27,570 nt of DNA from Bacillota bacterium (GCA_023422095.1 JAEZSD010000075.1:1-27570), one strand, 5' to 3'. Counted from the first letter of the stretch, positions 17,199 to 26,805 are shown. Program-made: numbers and translations. The notes: generated from the sequence alone by a model not told the origin.

Positions 17199-19284
17199 CA
17201 CTGAGCTCCTCTTTAAGACAAATTTTCTTTGAAAATAAAAGTGGAATATAGGTAGAAATAAAGCACAAAAGTATTGTCAAAAGAAGAATCAAAATAGGCA
17301 GAAATAAAGGAATCCCAAGAAATGAAGAAAAGGGAATCTGGATCAGATTGCTAAAATTAGTAAATGTGAACAAAATCCAATTCGATAAATAAGAAACAAG
17401 AGGCGATAAAGCAAGAGCACCAACCACACTCGTAGAGGCAAGAACCAAACTTTCAGTAGCGTAGATTTCTAAAATGTCGCTTTGGCTTGACCCAAGACTT
17501 CTTAATATGGCGATTTTTCTCTTATCGAGCGTAAAATTTGAAAAAGAGATGATTCCAATTATTAAAGAAGTGCCAATCAAAGCAAAAATAAGGAAAAATT
17601 CCATTCCGATTGTTGCGGCATTAACCAAGCTGAAAAGAGCCTCTGAAATTGTTAACGCACCACTATATATAGACAGCGGTTCTCCTACATTTGAAATCAA
17701 TTGTTCCATTTTTTCTTTATCATTGATATTTTTTAAAAACAATCGATAAGAGTAGGAAGAAACCTGATCATTATTTGGAGAATTATTAACCAAATCAAAC
17801 CATGAAAAGTCAAATCCTTCATAAGCAGAACGATTTGTCATAATAGCGTTCATCGCAAATTCTTGAAGAGCCACATATGAATAGTAAATCTTCGGAGTAG
17901 ACAAAAAGCCTAATTCATTAACAACTGCCGCAATAGAGACATCAAATTCATAGGTCCAGTTATCTATGATAATAGGGTCTTGTTCATCCTGAGTGTAATA
18001 GCAATACTCATAATTCATAGAAAGGTGTAATTGGTTTACTATTTCTCCATTCAACATATCTGCGCATTTGTCATTAATTATTACTTCAAAACGATTGTCG
18101 GTTTTCGGTATAGTTCCTCTTGTTATTAGATTTTTATCAACTATATTCTCATCGAAAGAATAAACTGGACAATACATGCAATTTTCAAGTTTCTTCTTGT
18201 CGTACGCAACCGTAACTCCGTTAGTCAACGAATCGAGATTATTTTCAATAAAAAAGAATTTTTTGATGGAATCGGCATTCTTCATTTCGTCTTGGGAAGG
18301 ACGCATTTGCTGAACTATAGAAAGAGGGGATCCTTCTATTTTCTTGGTTGTCTCTTTGCATATGGTTAAACAACCATAATCAAACTGATTTAGTGTCTCT
18401 TTGTTTAAAACTTGATTGGTCCCATAGGAGAAACCAGAAATAAGAAGACTAAATGTTAGGCTAACCAAAAGTGCGCAAGATCCAAGTAAATTCCTTTTCA
18501 GTCCTTTTTTTAAATTTGTTTTTGCGAGAATGCTTGTCCAAGAGCAATGCTTTGATTTTTTTGAATTTTTAATAAATGGTAAACCATTATTTTCTTCTTT
18601 TATTATTTTATTACTCTGTAATTTGCCATCTTCGATAGTAATTATTCGATCAGCAAATTCGTTAATGAGTTCTTCATTATGTGATATTAAGATAACAAGC
18701 CGATTGCGGCTGGCTTTCTTAATGATTTCCATCACAAGATGAGCATTCTTTTCATCAAGCGCTCCAGTGGGCTCATCTGCTAGTAGAATTTTTGGATTAT
18801 TTATAATAGAACGCAATATTGCGACACGTTGTTTCTCTCCTCCGCTTAAGTCAGCGCACTTTTTTCCATAAAGATTTTCAGGAAAATTCAATCCTTTAAG
18901 CAAAATAATAGCATCCTCTTTTGCAGAAGAAAATTTGCTTCCTTGAATCAACATTGGAAGCATAATGTTGAGCAAAACAGTTTCCTCTTCTAATAAATAA
19001 TAATGTTGAAAAATGATACCAACATCTCTATTTAGAAAAAAGTTTTTCTTCTTTTCATTCCATTTAGTTATTGAATGATTTTCAAGCAATATTTCCCCCG
19101 ATGTAGGGGTGTCAAGCAAACCAATTAGATTCAAAATTGTTGATTTTCCACTTCCGGATTTCCCATAGATACAAACAAGCCCCGAACTGGGAAAAATAAC
19201 AGAAAAATCACTCAAAGCTTTTTGAGCAATACCTTTATCATTTTGGTAAATTTTACTTAGGTTACGTAGTTCTAGAAATGCCAT
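17191..19284 (-). CDS. Fused ABC transporter ATPase/permease (MacB/FtsX-like), short form
   Basis: [21 protein letters not shown] and SHN; FtsX-type motif RKIAILRSLG; 1+3 TM topology. Start at ATG 19284. Confidence 0.88.
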   Translation of the reverse strand: MAFLELRNLSKIYQNDKGIAQKALSDFSVIFPSSGLVCIYGKSGSGKSTILNLIGLLDTPTSGEILLENHSITKWNEKKKNFFLNRDVGIIFQHYYLLEEETVLLNIMLPMLIQGSKFSSAKEDAIILLKGLNFPENLYGKKCADLSGGEKQRVAILRSIINNPKILLADEPTGALDEKNAHLVMEIIKKASRNRLVILISHNEELINEFADRIITIEDGKLQSNKIIKEENNGLPFIKNSKKSKHCSWTSILAKTNLKKGLKRNLLGSCALLVSLTFSLLISGFSYGTNQVLNKETLNQFDYGCLTICKETTKKIEGSPLSIVQQMRPSQDEMKNADSIKKFFFIENNLDSLTNGVTVAYDKKKLENCMYCPVYSFDENIVDKNLITRGTIPKTDNRFEVIINDKCADMLNGEIVNQLHLSMNYEYCYYTQDEQDPIIIDNWTYEFDVSIAAVVNELGFLSTPKIYYSYVALQEFAMNAIMTNRSAYEGFDFSWFDLVNNSPNNDQVSSYSYRLFLKNINDKEKMEQLISNVGEPLSIYSGALTISEALFSLVNAATIGMEFFLIFALIGTSLIIGIISFSNFTLDKRKIAILRSLGSSQSDILEIYATESLVLASTSVVGALALSPLVSYLSNWILFTFTNFSNLIQIPFSSFLGIPLFLPILILLLTILLCFISTYIPLLFSKKICLKEELSDD

Positions 19285-19329
19285 TGTGTCCCTAAAAATA
19301 AGAGACAAAAAAATGGAGAAAAGTTTTAA

Positions 19330-20019
19330 TTATTCATTAATAAAATGTAAAAGTACATGATAGGCAATATTTAGCCCAGCAGAAGATGGAGGCATCATAA
19401 TTGAATTGAGATTTATTCCGTCCTTTAAAGGCAATTCTTGTGAGTAACAAACAATAACCTTCTTAGTGTCAATTTGTTTTTGCTTAAGTTCATAGCGAAA
19501 TTTCTTAGCAAGAGGATCGCCAGTGGCTTTATCTAATCGAGTAATTGTTACTTTCGAAGGATCAAATCTATTAGCCATTCCGAGCGATGATACAAATGAT
19601 TTATTGTTTTTAATTGCGTATTCCACAAGAAATACTTTGGCGGGAATATCATCAATTGCGTCAATAAGAAAATCAAAATCAAATTCAGCAAGAATATCGG
19701 CTTTTTCGCGGTTTATTTTCATTTTAATTGATTTAATGTCTAAATTTGGATTTATTTCCATGGCGTGTTTTTTCGCAACCAAAACTTTATCAAGTCCAAT
19801 ATCTGATTCATTAAAAAGTATTTGTCTATTTAGATTTGAGCTTTCGACGATATCGCCATCAATAATAATGAAATGTTGAAAACCGGTTCTTACTAATGCT
19901 TCAAAACAAGTTCCACCAACTCCACCCAAACCGATTAGTAAAATCTTTACACTACTTATAATATCAAACTTTTCTTTTGTTATTAAGTTTATGCTCCGTA
20001 AAAATTGTTTATTACTCAT
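19330..20019 (-). CDS. tcdA: ThiF-family tRNA threonylcarbamoyladenosine dehydratase (TcdA/CsdL-like)
   Basis: GLGGVG, SNLNRQ, DAIDD..AK, SSLG.ANR.DP, DPLAKKFR..L, YSQE.P. Confidence 0.8.
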   Translation of the reverse strand: MSNKQFLRSINLITKEKFDIISSVKILLIGLGGVGGTCFEALVRTGFQHFIIIDGDIVESSNLNRQILFNESDIGLDKVLVAKKHAMEINPNLDIKSIKMKINREKADILAEFDFDFLIDAIDDIPAKVFLVEYAIKNNKSFVSSLGMANRFDPSKVTITRLDKATGDPLAKKFRYELKQKQIDTKKVIVCYSQELPLKDGINLNSIMMPPSSAGLNIAYHVLLHFINE

Positions 20020-20890
20020 ATTGTATTACCGCCTTAATCACATCTTGGGCGTTAGAAAATTCTTCCGCTTGGAGTTGATGTTTAAAGTATGTAACTTGTC
20101 TTTTCGCATAATTCCTAGTGCGCTTTTTTATTAATTCTTTAGCTTCTTCAAATGTAAGTTCATTCTTTAAATAAGCAATGGTTTCTTTATAGCCTATTGC
20201 TTGCGATGCTGTGAGCGACAGTTGATATTTCTTGAGGAGTCCTTGTACTTCATCTACTAAACCATTTGTGAACATCTCTTCTACCCTCATATTGATATGA
20301 TTATAAAGTTCTTCTCGGGGAGGATTGATAAACAATATTCTAACATCATCATAAATCATCTTATGTGACTGCATTTCGATGCTAGTGCTCTTATTAAAAG
20401 TGTGATATTTCGCAATCCGAATTGCCCTTATTACTCTTTTTCGATTATTTTGATGGATACTATCCAGTGACTTGGGGTCAACATTCCTAAGAATATCCCA
20501 CAGTTCTTCATTAGATTTCGTATCCAGATCATCATTTTCTTCATTTGTATTATTTTCAAAATCGAAGTCGAAAAGCGAGGCTTTAATGTAAAGCCCTGTT
20601 CCTCCGATAACAACAATGTCGGTATACCTGTTTTTTAGTTCATCGACTGTCTTACGAAAAATATCTTGATATTGCTTAACCGAGAAAGTTTTTTCGGGAG
20701 AAACAATATCCAACAAATAATGTTCTGAATAAAGTGGATGATCTTTGGCAATTTTTGCCGTTCCAATATCCATATTCTGATAAATTTGGAAAGCATCTGC
20801 ATTGATGATGGGAGCATGAAGAAAAGAAGCTACTTCTAAAGAGGCTTTTGTTTTTCCACTTCCGGTTGGCCCACAAATTACGTAAATCAT
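20012..20890 (-). CDS. miaA: tRNA dimethylallyltransferase
   Basis: GPTGSGKT, DAFQIY..MDIGTAK, GGTGLY, QAIGYKE, TRNYAKRQ.TYF. Confidence 0.96.
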   Translation of the reverse strand: MIYVICGPTGSGKTKASLEVASFLHAPIINADAFQIYQNMDIGTAKIAKDHPLYSEHYLLDIVSPEKTFSVKQYQDIFRKTVDELKNRYTDIVVIGGTGLYIKASLFDFDFENNTNEENDDLDTKSNEELWDILRNVDPKSLDSIHQNNRKRVIRAIRIAKYHTFNKSTSIEMQSHKMIYDDVRILFINPPREELYNHINMRVEEMFTNGLVDEVQGLLKKYQLSLTASQAIGYKETIAYLKNELTFEEAKELIKKRTRNYAKRQVTYFKHQLQAEEFSNAQDVIKAVIQYE

Positions 20891-20896
20891 AAAATA

Positions 20897-20905
20897 AATA
20901 TATCA
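20897..20905 (-). promoter_or_regulatory. Extended -10 (TG-a-TATATT), leaderless geometry for miaA
   Basis: Lies 6 nt before ATG 20890; no SD in the 31-nt gap. Confidence 0.55.
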
Positions 20906-20921
20906 CAAAGAAAAAGCGAAT

Positions 20922-21203
20922 TTACGATTCGCTTAAAATGTCTTTAATTGTTTGTAAGATATTCATTACTTCTTCTCTTACAACGTTATAGTTATTAACG
21001 ATGGGGTGAGAATTATATATAGCGATGAGATTGTTTTTTTCTTCTTCCTTTTTTTCGGAAGTCAATCTTGCTATGTCGCTTCTCATATTTGCCAATTCTT
21101 TATCTGATGCCATTAACTCTTTGAGACGTAAAAATTCTTGCACTTCGGGTAATGAATGTAAATCGGTGGAAACTTTATCGGTTAATTCTTTAATTTTATC
21201 CAT
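20922..21203 (-). CDS. YlbF/YmcA (RicA-like, Com_YlbF) family helical protein
   Basis: L.E...F..L.E and HP.V..Y...E.....L..I...L helical pattern; directly follows miaB, the position of ymcA/ricA in Bacilli. Confidence 0.7.
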   Translation of the reverse strand: MDKIKELTDKVSTDLHSLPEVQEFLRLKELMASDKELANMRSDIARLTSEKKEEEKNNLIAIYNSHPIVNNYNVVREEVMNILQTIKDILSES

Positions 21204-22635
21204 TGATGATTTCTCCGATTAAAGAATAGGTGTGCGATTCAGTGATGCGGACTTTAACAATTTTCCCGATGATTGATTCATCGCCAGAAAAGTGCACAAG
21301 TTTATTCCCATCCGTGTAGCCCGATAGCATATTAGAGTCAGTTTTGCTGATTCCATCAACAAGTACATCATAAGAATGGCCAACCATTCTCTTTGACGAA
21401 TCTTCGATTGATACCTCAAGGTGTTTGATGAGTTCTAAAAACCTGTTTGTTTTATTTTCTTTAGAAATATTGTCTACCATACGCGCAGCAGGAGTTCCTT
21501 TTCGGGGAGAATAGATAAAAGTAAATGCTGCTTCATATTTGACTTCATCAACTAGTGACAAAGTTTCTAAAAATTGTTCATCTGTCTCGTCGGGAAAACC
21601 AACAATAATATCAGTGGATAGTGTTAGGTCAGGAATTTTTTTGCGCATACTTTTTACTAGGTTTAAATAATGCTCGCGATTATAGCGTCTTCCCATCTTG
21701 CGCAAGATTTCATCACTTCCAGATTGAACAGGAAGATGAATGGATTTCATAATATTAGGATATTTGGCAATAACATCAATCATCTTTTCCGAGAAATCCC
21801 AAGGATGAGAAGTAGTAAATCTCAAACGGGGAATTCCTAATTTAGCAACTGCTTCAAGCATGTCGGCAAAATCTTTTTTATCATTTAAGTCTTTTCCATA
21901 AGCGTTAACATTTTGACCAAGCAAGGTAATTTCTTGGTATCCTTGGTCAACCAAACTCTGGCATTCTTTAATAACTTCATCAAATTTGCGGCTTCTCTCT
22001 TTTCCTCTGGTGTAAGGAACGATGCAATAAGTGCAAAATTTATCGCATCCGTAGATGATATTTACAAAGGCTTTGAATCGGTTCGTGCGAGAGACGGGTA
22101 GTTCTTCTACCACTTCTCCTGGTTTGCTCTCAACATCGATAATTCTTTCTCGATTAATTATCGTTTGGAAAAGCAAATCATAAAGAGTGGGTATCTCATG
22201 AGTGCCAAAAAATAGATTTACTTCAGGGAATGTCTTAGTCACTCTATCAAGGATCTCTGGCTGTTCAACCATGCAACCGCAGAGGGCTAGAACAAGATTT
22301 GGATTGGTTTTTCGTAAATACTTGATATTACCAATTTCGCCATAGACTTTGTCTTCAGCGTTTTCTCTAACCGCACAAGTGTTGATAATAATGATATTAG
22401 CTTTTTGAGCATCTTCAGTGGGTTCACAACCGATGCTTTCAAGCATTCCTCTCATCGTTTCCTCGTCTCTTACGTTAGCTTGGCATCCATAAGTTTTAAT
22501 AAAGTAAAGCCACCCTTTTACCATCTCGGTTAAAGAGGCTAAATGATCGCTTTTTAAAATGTCAAAAACCGTCTGCTCTTTTCTTCGAGAGGCGGCCTTG
22601 GATAAATCGGGAGCATGGATAATTTTACTTTTCAT
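21196..22635 (-). CDS. miaB: tRNA-2-methylthio-N6-dimethylallyladenosine synthase
   Basis: TYGCQAN, NTCAVRENAE, GCM, radical SAM motif CDKFCTYC, FTTSHP and a C-terminal TRAM domain. Confidence 0.96.
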   Translation of the reverse strand: MKSKIIHAPDLSKAASRRKEQTVFDILKSDHLASLTEMVKGWLYFIKTYGCQANVRDEETMRGMLESIGCEPTEDAQKANIIIINTCAVRENAEDKVYGEIGNIKYLRKTNPNLVLALCGCMVEQPEILDRVTKTFPEVNLFFGTHEIPTLYDLLFQTIINRERIIDVESKPGEVVEELPVSRTNRFKAFVNIIYGCDKFCTYCIVPYTRGKERSRKFDEVIKECQSLVDQGYQEITLLGQNVNAYGKDLNDKKDFADMLEAVAKLGIPRLRFTTSHPWDFSEKMIDVIAKYPNIMKSIHLPVQSGSDEILRKMGRRYNREHYLNLVKSMRKKIPDLTLSTDIIVGFPDETDEQFLETLSLVDEVKYEAAFTFIYSPRKGTPAARMVDNISKENKTNRFLELIKHLEVSIEDSSKRMVGHSYDVLVDGISKTDSNMLSGYTDGNKLVHFSGDESIIGKIVKVRITESHTYSLIGEIING

Positions 22636-23419
22636 TTTTATCTTCTACATAGTAGATGGAAAATATTGAGTTCGCAAGACCGGTTTCGTCATTGACATTG
22701 ATGACAACTCCACAAAATAGGCCTCTTCCTTCTTCAGGAGTGTTGAAGTGGCTCATTTCTCCATAGAGTGTTTTTTTCATCACTGATTCGCTCTCAAAAC
22801 CCAATACACTTTCATATAGGCCACACATCCCAGCATCGCTGATGAAAGCAGTACCTTTTGGCAAGATGCGCGCATCGTTGGTTTGGACGTGTGTATGGGT
22901 GCCCAAAACAGCAGTGACCTTGCCATCAAAAGCGAGAGCAAAACACATTTTTTCTCCTGTTGCTTCACCATGAAAATCAATGATGTTTATCATAGCGGGT
23001 TCTTCTTCAGTTAATACCTGAAGCATTGAATAATAAGGAGAATTAACTTGTTCTGAGATAAAGGCAGATCCAAGTATATTCGTTACTCGAACGGATACAC
23101 CATCGACATCATAAATAGCTGTGCCTTCACCTGGAAAATCGTTGATTAAATTAGCAGGGCGGATTAATCGATCAACTTTGTCGATATATTTGGTTATTTC
23201 ACTTTTTGAATTGTAGTGATTGCCTAAAGTAACAACATCGACCCCAGCTTCAATTAACTCATCGTATTGACGGTGAATCAAACCTTTGCCGTGAGTAGCG
23301 TTCTCACCATTAGCTATAACAAAATCAATTTTGTATTTTTTGGTGAAATAAGGTAATTTTTCGCGAAGTATTCTTCGGCCAACACGACCGACAATATCGC
23401 CAATAAATAAAATGTTCAA
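22625..23419 (-). CDS. ymdB: YmdB 2',3'-cyclic-nucleotide phosphodiesterase (TIGR00282-type)
   Basis: GDIVG, NGENA, TLGNH, RPAN, DFHGEATGEK and GTHTHV; directly follows rny; TTG start. Confidence 0.93.
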   Translation of the reverse strand: MNILFIGDIVGRVGRRILREKLPYFTKKYKIDFVIANGENATHGKGLIHRQYDELIEAGVDVVTLGNHYNSKSEITKYIDKVDRLIRPANLINDFPGEGTAIYDVDGVSVRVTNILGSAFISEQVNSPYYSMLQVLTEEEPAMINIIDFHGEATGEKMCFALAFDGKVTAVLGTHTHVQTNDARILPKGTAFISDAGMCGLYESVLGFESESVMKKTLYGEMSHFNTPEEGRGLFCGVVINVNDETGLANSIFSIYYVEDKNEK

Positions 23420-23448
23420 AAGATTTTTCTTTCTATGAAATAGGGTGA

Positions 23449-25026
23449 CTATTTCGCTGTTTCAACTGCTCGATATTCACGAATGACTGAAACTTTGATT
23501 TGACCTGGATAGGTCATCTCATTCTCGATTCTTTCCTTAATCTCGCGAGCGAGTTTAAAGGCTCCCACATCATCAATTTTATCAGGGATAACCATGACGC
23601 GAAGTTCACGGCCAGATTGCATGGCGTATGATTGATATACTCCCTCATACGATTTGCAAATTTCTTCGAGCTGTTCAATTCGCTTGATGTAGTTTTCGAG
23701 CATTTCACTACGAGCACCTGGGCGCGCAGCGCTTAATGTGTCAGCAGCTTGGACTAAGTTAGCAATGACATATTTTGGTTCAACATCTCCATGGTGAGAT
23801 TCGATGCCATTGATAACAACATCTGGTTCGCCATATTTTTTGGCTAAGCGAATGCCGATTTCAACGTGACTTCCATCCATTTCAAAGTCGGCGGCTTTGC
23901 CGATATCGTGAAGAAGTCCCGCTCTTTTGGCGAGATTTTGATCTAAGCCAAGTTCGGCAGCCATCGTTCCAGCTAAAATAGCCACTTCAATCGAGTGATT
24001 AAGGGCATTTTGACCATATGATGTACGATATTTTAAACGACCGACATAGTCGAGTAATTCACGATTAATTTTAGGAAGACCTAGTTTGAAGGCGACATCT
24101 TGACCAGTCTTATGAATGGATTCTTTAACGATGTTTTTGCATTTTTCAACAATTTCTTCAATTCTTCCAGGTTGAATGCGACCATCCTTAATTAATTCCT
24201 CAAGAGTAAGGCGGGCAATTTCACGACGAATTGGGTTAAAGCAAGAAACCGTCAGTGCTTCAGGTGTGTCATCGATGATGATGTCAACACCTAACAATTG
24301 TTCAAGTGAACGAATGTTACGACCTTCGCGGCCGATGATACGGCCCTTCATCTCATCATTAGGAAGAGCGACAACTGATACGGTTCTTTCGGTTGTAACT
24401 TCTTGAGCATATTTGCTAACAGCGTAGCCGAGAATTTCTTTGGCTTTGGTGTCGGCAACTTCTTTTGCTTCATCTTCTTTGTTTTTGATGAATGTTGTAA
24501 TCTCTTTACTCATCTTGCTCTCAACACGGCTGAATAGTTCGTCGCGAGCTTCTTGAGTAGACATTTGGGAAACTTTTTCTAATTCTTGAATGATTCCATC
24601 GATTTTGTCTTGTAAGACTGATTCCTTTTTATCAACTTCTCTCAAACGGCGATTGAGTGTTTCGCCTTTCTCATCGAGCAAATTCTCTTTTTGAATAAGA
24701 GCAGTATCCCTTCGATCAATGGATTGTTCTCTTTGCAAAAGTTTGTTTTCCTGAGAGGCAACTTCTTGCTTTCTCTCACGAATTTCTTTTTCGGCATCTT
24801 GTTTCATTTCATACACAGTTTGTTTGCCGTCCAACTGTGCGTTTTTGGTAATGTGTTCGGCTTTAATTTCGGCTTCCCTAATTATTTTTGCAGCTTTAGC
24901 ATTCGCTCTTTGCTTCTTGAAAAGAGGAATGAGAATGATGGCGGTCGCACCAAGGATAAGACCAACCACTCCGCAAATAATGGGTAACCCGATGCTTAAA
25001 AAAGCATCTGCTAATACAGTTAACAT
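23449..25026 (-). CDS. rny: Ribonuclease Y
   Basis: N-terminal TM helix, coiled coil, KH motif [15 protein letters not shown] domain (LLHDIGK) and YPGQIKV..IRE; SD GAAAGGA. Confidence 0.97.
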   Translation of the reverse strand: MLTVLADAFLSIGLPIICGVVGLILGATAIILIPLFKKQRANAKAAKIIREAEIKAEHITKNAQLDGKQTVYEMKQDAEKEIRERKQEVASQENKLLQREQSIDRRDTALIQKENLLDEKGETLNRRLREVDKKESVLQDKIDGIIQELEKVSQMSTQEARDELFSRVESKMSKEITTFIKNKEDEAKEVADTKAKEILGYAVSKYAQEVTTERTVSVVALPNDEMKGRIIGREGRNIRSLEQLLGVDIIIDDTPEALTVSCFNPIRREIARLTLEELIKDGRIQPGRIEEIVEKCKNIVKESIHKTGQDVAFKLGLPKINRELLDYVGRLKYRTSYGQNALNHSIEVAILAGTMAAELGLDQNLAKRAGLLHDIGKAADFEMDGSHVEIGIRLAKKYGEPDVVINGIESHHGDVEPKYVIANLVQAADTLSAARPGARSEMLENYIKRIEQLEEICKSYEGVYQSYAMQSGRELRVMVIPDKIDDVGAFKLAREIKERIENEMTYPGQIKVSVIREYRAVETAK

Positions 25027-25194
25027 TATTCGGTCCTTTCATTATGTCATAAAGACTAATAGTTACAAAGTAACTATATTTACCTAAAATACCCCTATCA
25101 TATAGTAGAGATTTTTTGTGTATCCATAACAGGCAACGCCTGATAAATAAGTTCTCGAATGAGAATATATAGGTAAGTACCTTTCGAAGGTACC
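25027..25194 (-). ncRNA. Candidate structured cis-regulatory 5' leader of rny
   Basis: Six complementary helices between a TATAAT box (25200-25205) and the rny SD; see findings. Confidence 0.55.
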
Positions 25195-25240
25195 CATTCA
25201 TTATAATGGGAAAGCACAAAAAAGTCTTTAATAATATTTC

Positions 25241-25267
25241 AAAGAAAAAGCCAATGCGAGATTGGCT
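25241..25267 (-). terminator. Intrinsic terminator after recA
   Basis: AGCCAAT-ctcgc-ATTGGCT followed by TTTTCTTT; overlaps the recA stop codon. Confidence 0.8.
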
Positions 25268-26282
25268 ATTCTATAGATTCTGATTTTGGCAAGTGTCCTT
25301 TTACTCGTTTAGATAATTCTTCAACGACATCAGGATTGGCTTTTAGATATTCTTTTGCAGCATCACGGCCTTGGGCGATTTTGTTGCCATTATATTCAAA
25401 CCATGACCCGCTTTTTTTAACGAATCCCGCTTCAACGCTGAGATCGAGAATTTCGCCTTCCTTGGAAATACCTTGACCGTAGATGATATCAATAATTACC
25501 TGTTTGAAGGGTGGAGATACTTTGTTTTTCACTACTTTTACGCGGACGGAGTTGCCATAGATATCGCTTCCGGATTTCAATGCTTCATTACGGCGAATAT
25601 CTAATCTGATGGAAGCATAGAATTTAAGTGCTCTACCACCAGAAGTTGTCTCTGGGTTTCCATACATGACACCCACTTTTTCACGAAGTTGATTGATGAA
25701 GATAACCGCGCATTCTTTTTTGTTTAAAATGCCAGCTAGTTTACGCATAGCTTTGCTCATTAAACGGGCCTGAAGACCAACTGAGTTATCACTCATTTCG
25801 CCATCTAATTCCGCTTGAGGAACCAAGGCTGCCACAGAATCAACGACAATCAAATTGATGGCGCCAGAACTGGCTAACATCTCAACGATTTCAAGGGCTT
25901 GTTCACCACTATCGGGTTGAGAAAGGATTAATTCGTCAATGTTAACGCCCAAATTTTTGGCGTAAATTGGATCAATGGAATGTTCTGCATCAACAAACGC
26001 AGCACGCCCACCTTGTTTTTGACATTCAGCAATGGCATGAAGAGCGAGTGTCGTTTTACCACTTGATTCAGGACCATAAATTTCGATAATTCTTCCTTTT
26101 GGATAACCGCCAACTCCGAGTGCTTCATCCAATAGTAAAGACCCACTAGGAATGACATCGACATCGACAGCTTGTCTTTCGCCAAGTTTCATGACGGCGC
26201 CCTTACCAAAGATTTTTTGAATTTGCTTCAAAGTTTCGTCGAGATTGATTTCATTTGTTTCATTTTTTTCAATTTTTGCCAT
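25266..26282 (-). CDS. recA: Recombinase RecA
   Basis: [31 protein letters not shown] and [15 protein letters not shown]. Confidence 0.99.
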   Translation of the reverse strand: MAKIEKNETNEINLDETLKQIQKIFGKGAVMKLGERQAVDVDVIPSGSLLLDEALGVGGYPKGRIIEIYGPESSGKTTLALHAIAECQKQGGRAAFVDAEHSIDPIYAKNLGVNIDELILSQPDSGEQALEIVEMLASSGAINLIVVDSVAALVPQAELDGEMSDNSVGLQARLMSKAMRKLAGILNKKECAVIFINQLREKVGVMYGNPETTSGGRALKFYASIRLDIRRNEALKSGSDIYGNSVRVKVVKNKVSPPFKQVIIDIIYGQGISKEGEILDLSVEAGFVKKSGSWFEYNGNKIAQGRDAAKEYLKANPDVVEELSKRVKGHLPKSESIE

Positions 26283-26331
26283 ATGTTTTCCTCATTTATA
26301 TAAATCGATATTATGTAGTTTTGTTGGAAAA

Positions 26332-26805
26332 TTAATTTTTTTGTTCCAACATTTCGTAAAGTAACTGACAAGCGATTTGAACAGCTTGGTTTTGAATTTC
26401 GTTGCGTGATCCGGAAAGATTATGCTTTGTTACAATCACTAAATCATAGCAAGCTACAGCGATATATGTTTCACCAACTGGTTTTCCTTCCATAGCTAAT
26501 GGTCCAGCATTACCAGTAAAAGAAACACAGTAATCAACATTGAGCAGTTGACGGGCGTGACTCGCCATTTCTTGAGCGATTTCCTGAGATACAACACCGC
26601 AACGGTCAATTAATTCATAGCTGATGCCAAGAAGTCGCGATTTTTCTTCAGTCGAATAAGTAACAAATCCACCTTTAAAAAAGTGACTTGCTCCTGGTAT
26701 AGCGGTAATCTCATGAGAGAATAATCCTCCAGTAAAAGATTCTGCACAACCAAGTGTTCGACCCTTTTCAATGAAAATAGAGGAGAGCTCCTTTGGTGTT
26801 ATCAT
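26332..26805 (-). CDS. cinA: CinA C-terminal domain / NMN deamidase PncC (stand-alone)
   Basis: AESFTGG, PGAS, TYS..K, GVVS...A.EMA and TG.AGP motifs; lacks the N-terminal MocF domain. Confidence 0.88.
   Translation of the reverse strand: MITPKELSSIFIEKGRTLGCAESFTGGLFSHEITAIPGASHFFKGGFVTYSTEEKSRLLGISYELIDRCGVVSQEIAQEMASHARQLLNVDYCVSFTGNAGPLAMEGKPVGETYIAVACYDLVIVTKHNLSGSRNEIQNQAVQIACQLLYEMLEQKN

Noticed and set aside
19285..19329. Possible shared alternative-sigma motif (AAC-N16-G) upstream of the ABC pair and recA
   Set aside because: Too little information content from two AT-rich sites; ordinary TANNNT matches are also present.
25193..25210. CCCATT-N6-AATGGG inverted repeat around the rny -10 as a separate operator
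   Set aside because: Only 6 bp and partly due to the near-symmetry of the TATAAT context; too weak to report alone.
24896..25219. 107-aa minus-strand ORF spanning the rny leader
   Set aside because: GTG start upstream of the likely -10, no SD, and out-of-frame overlap with rny; the region is better explained as structured RNA.
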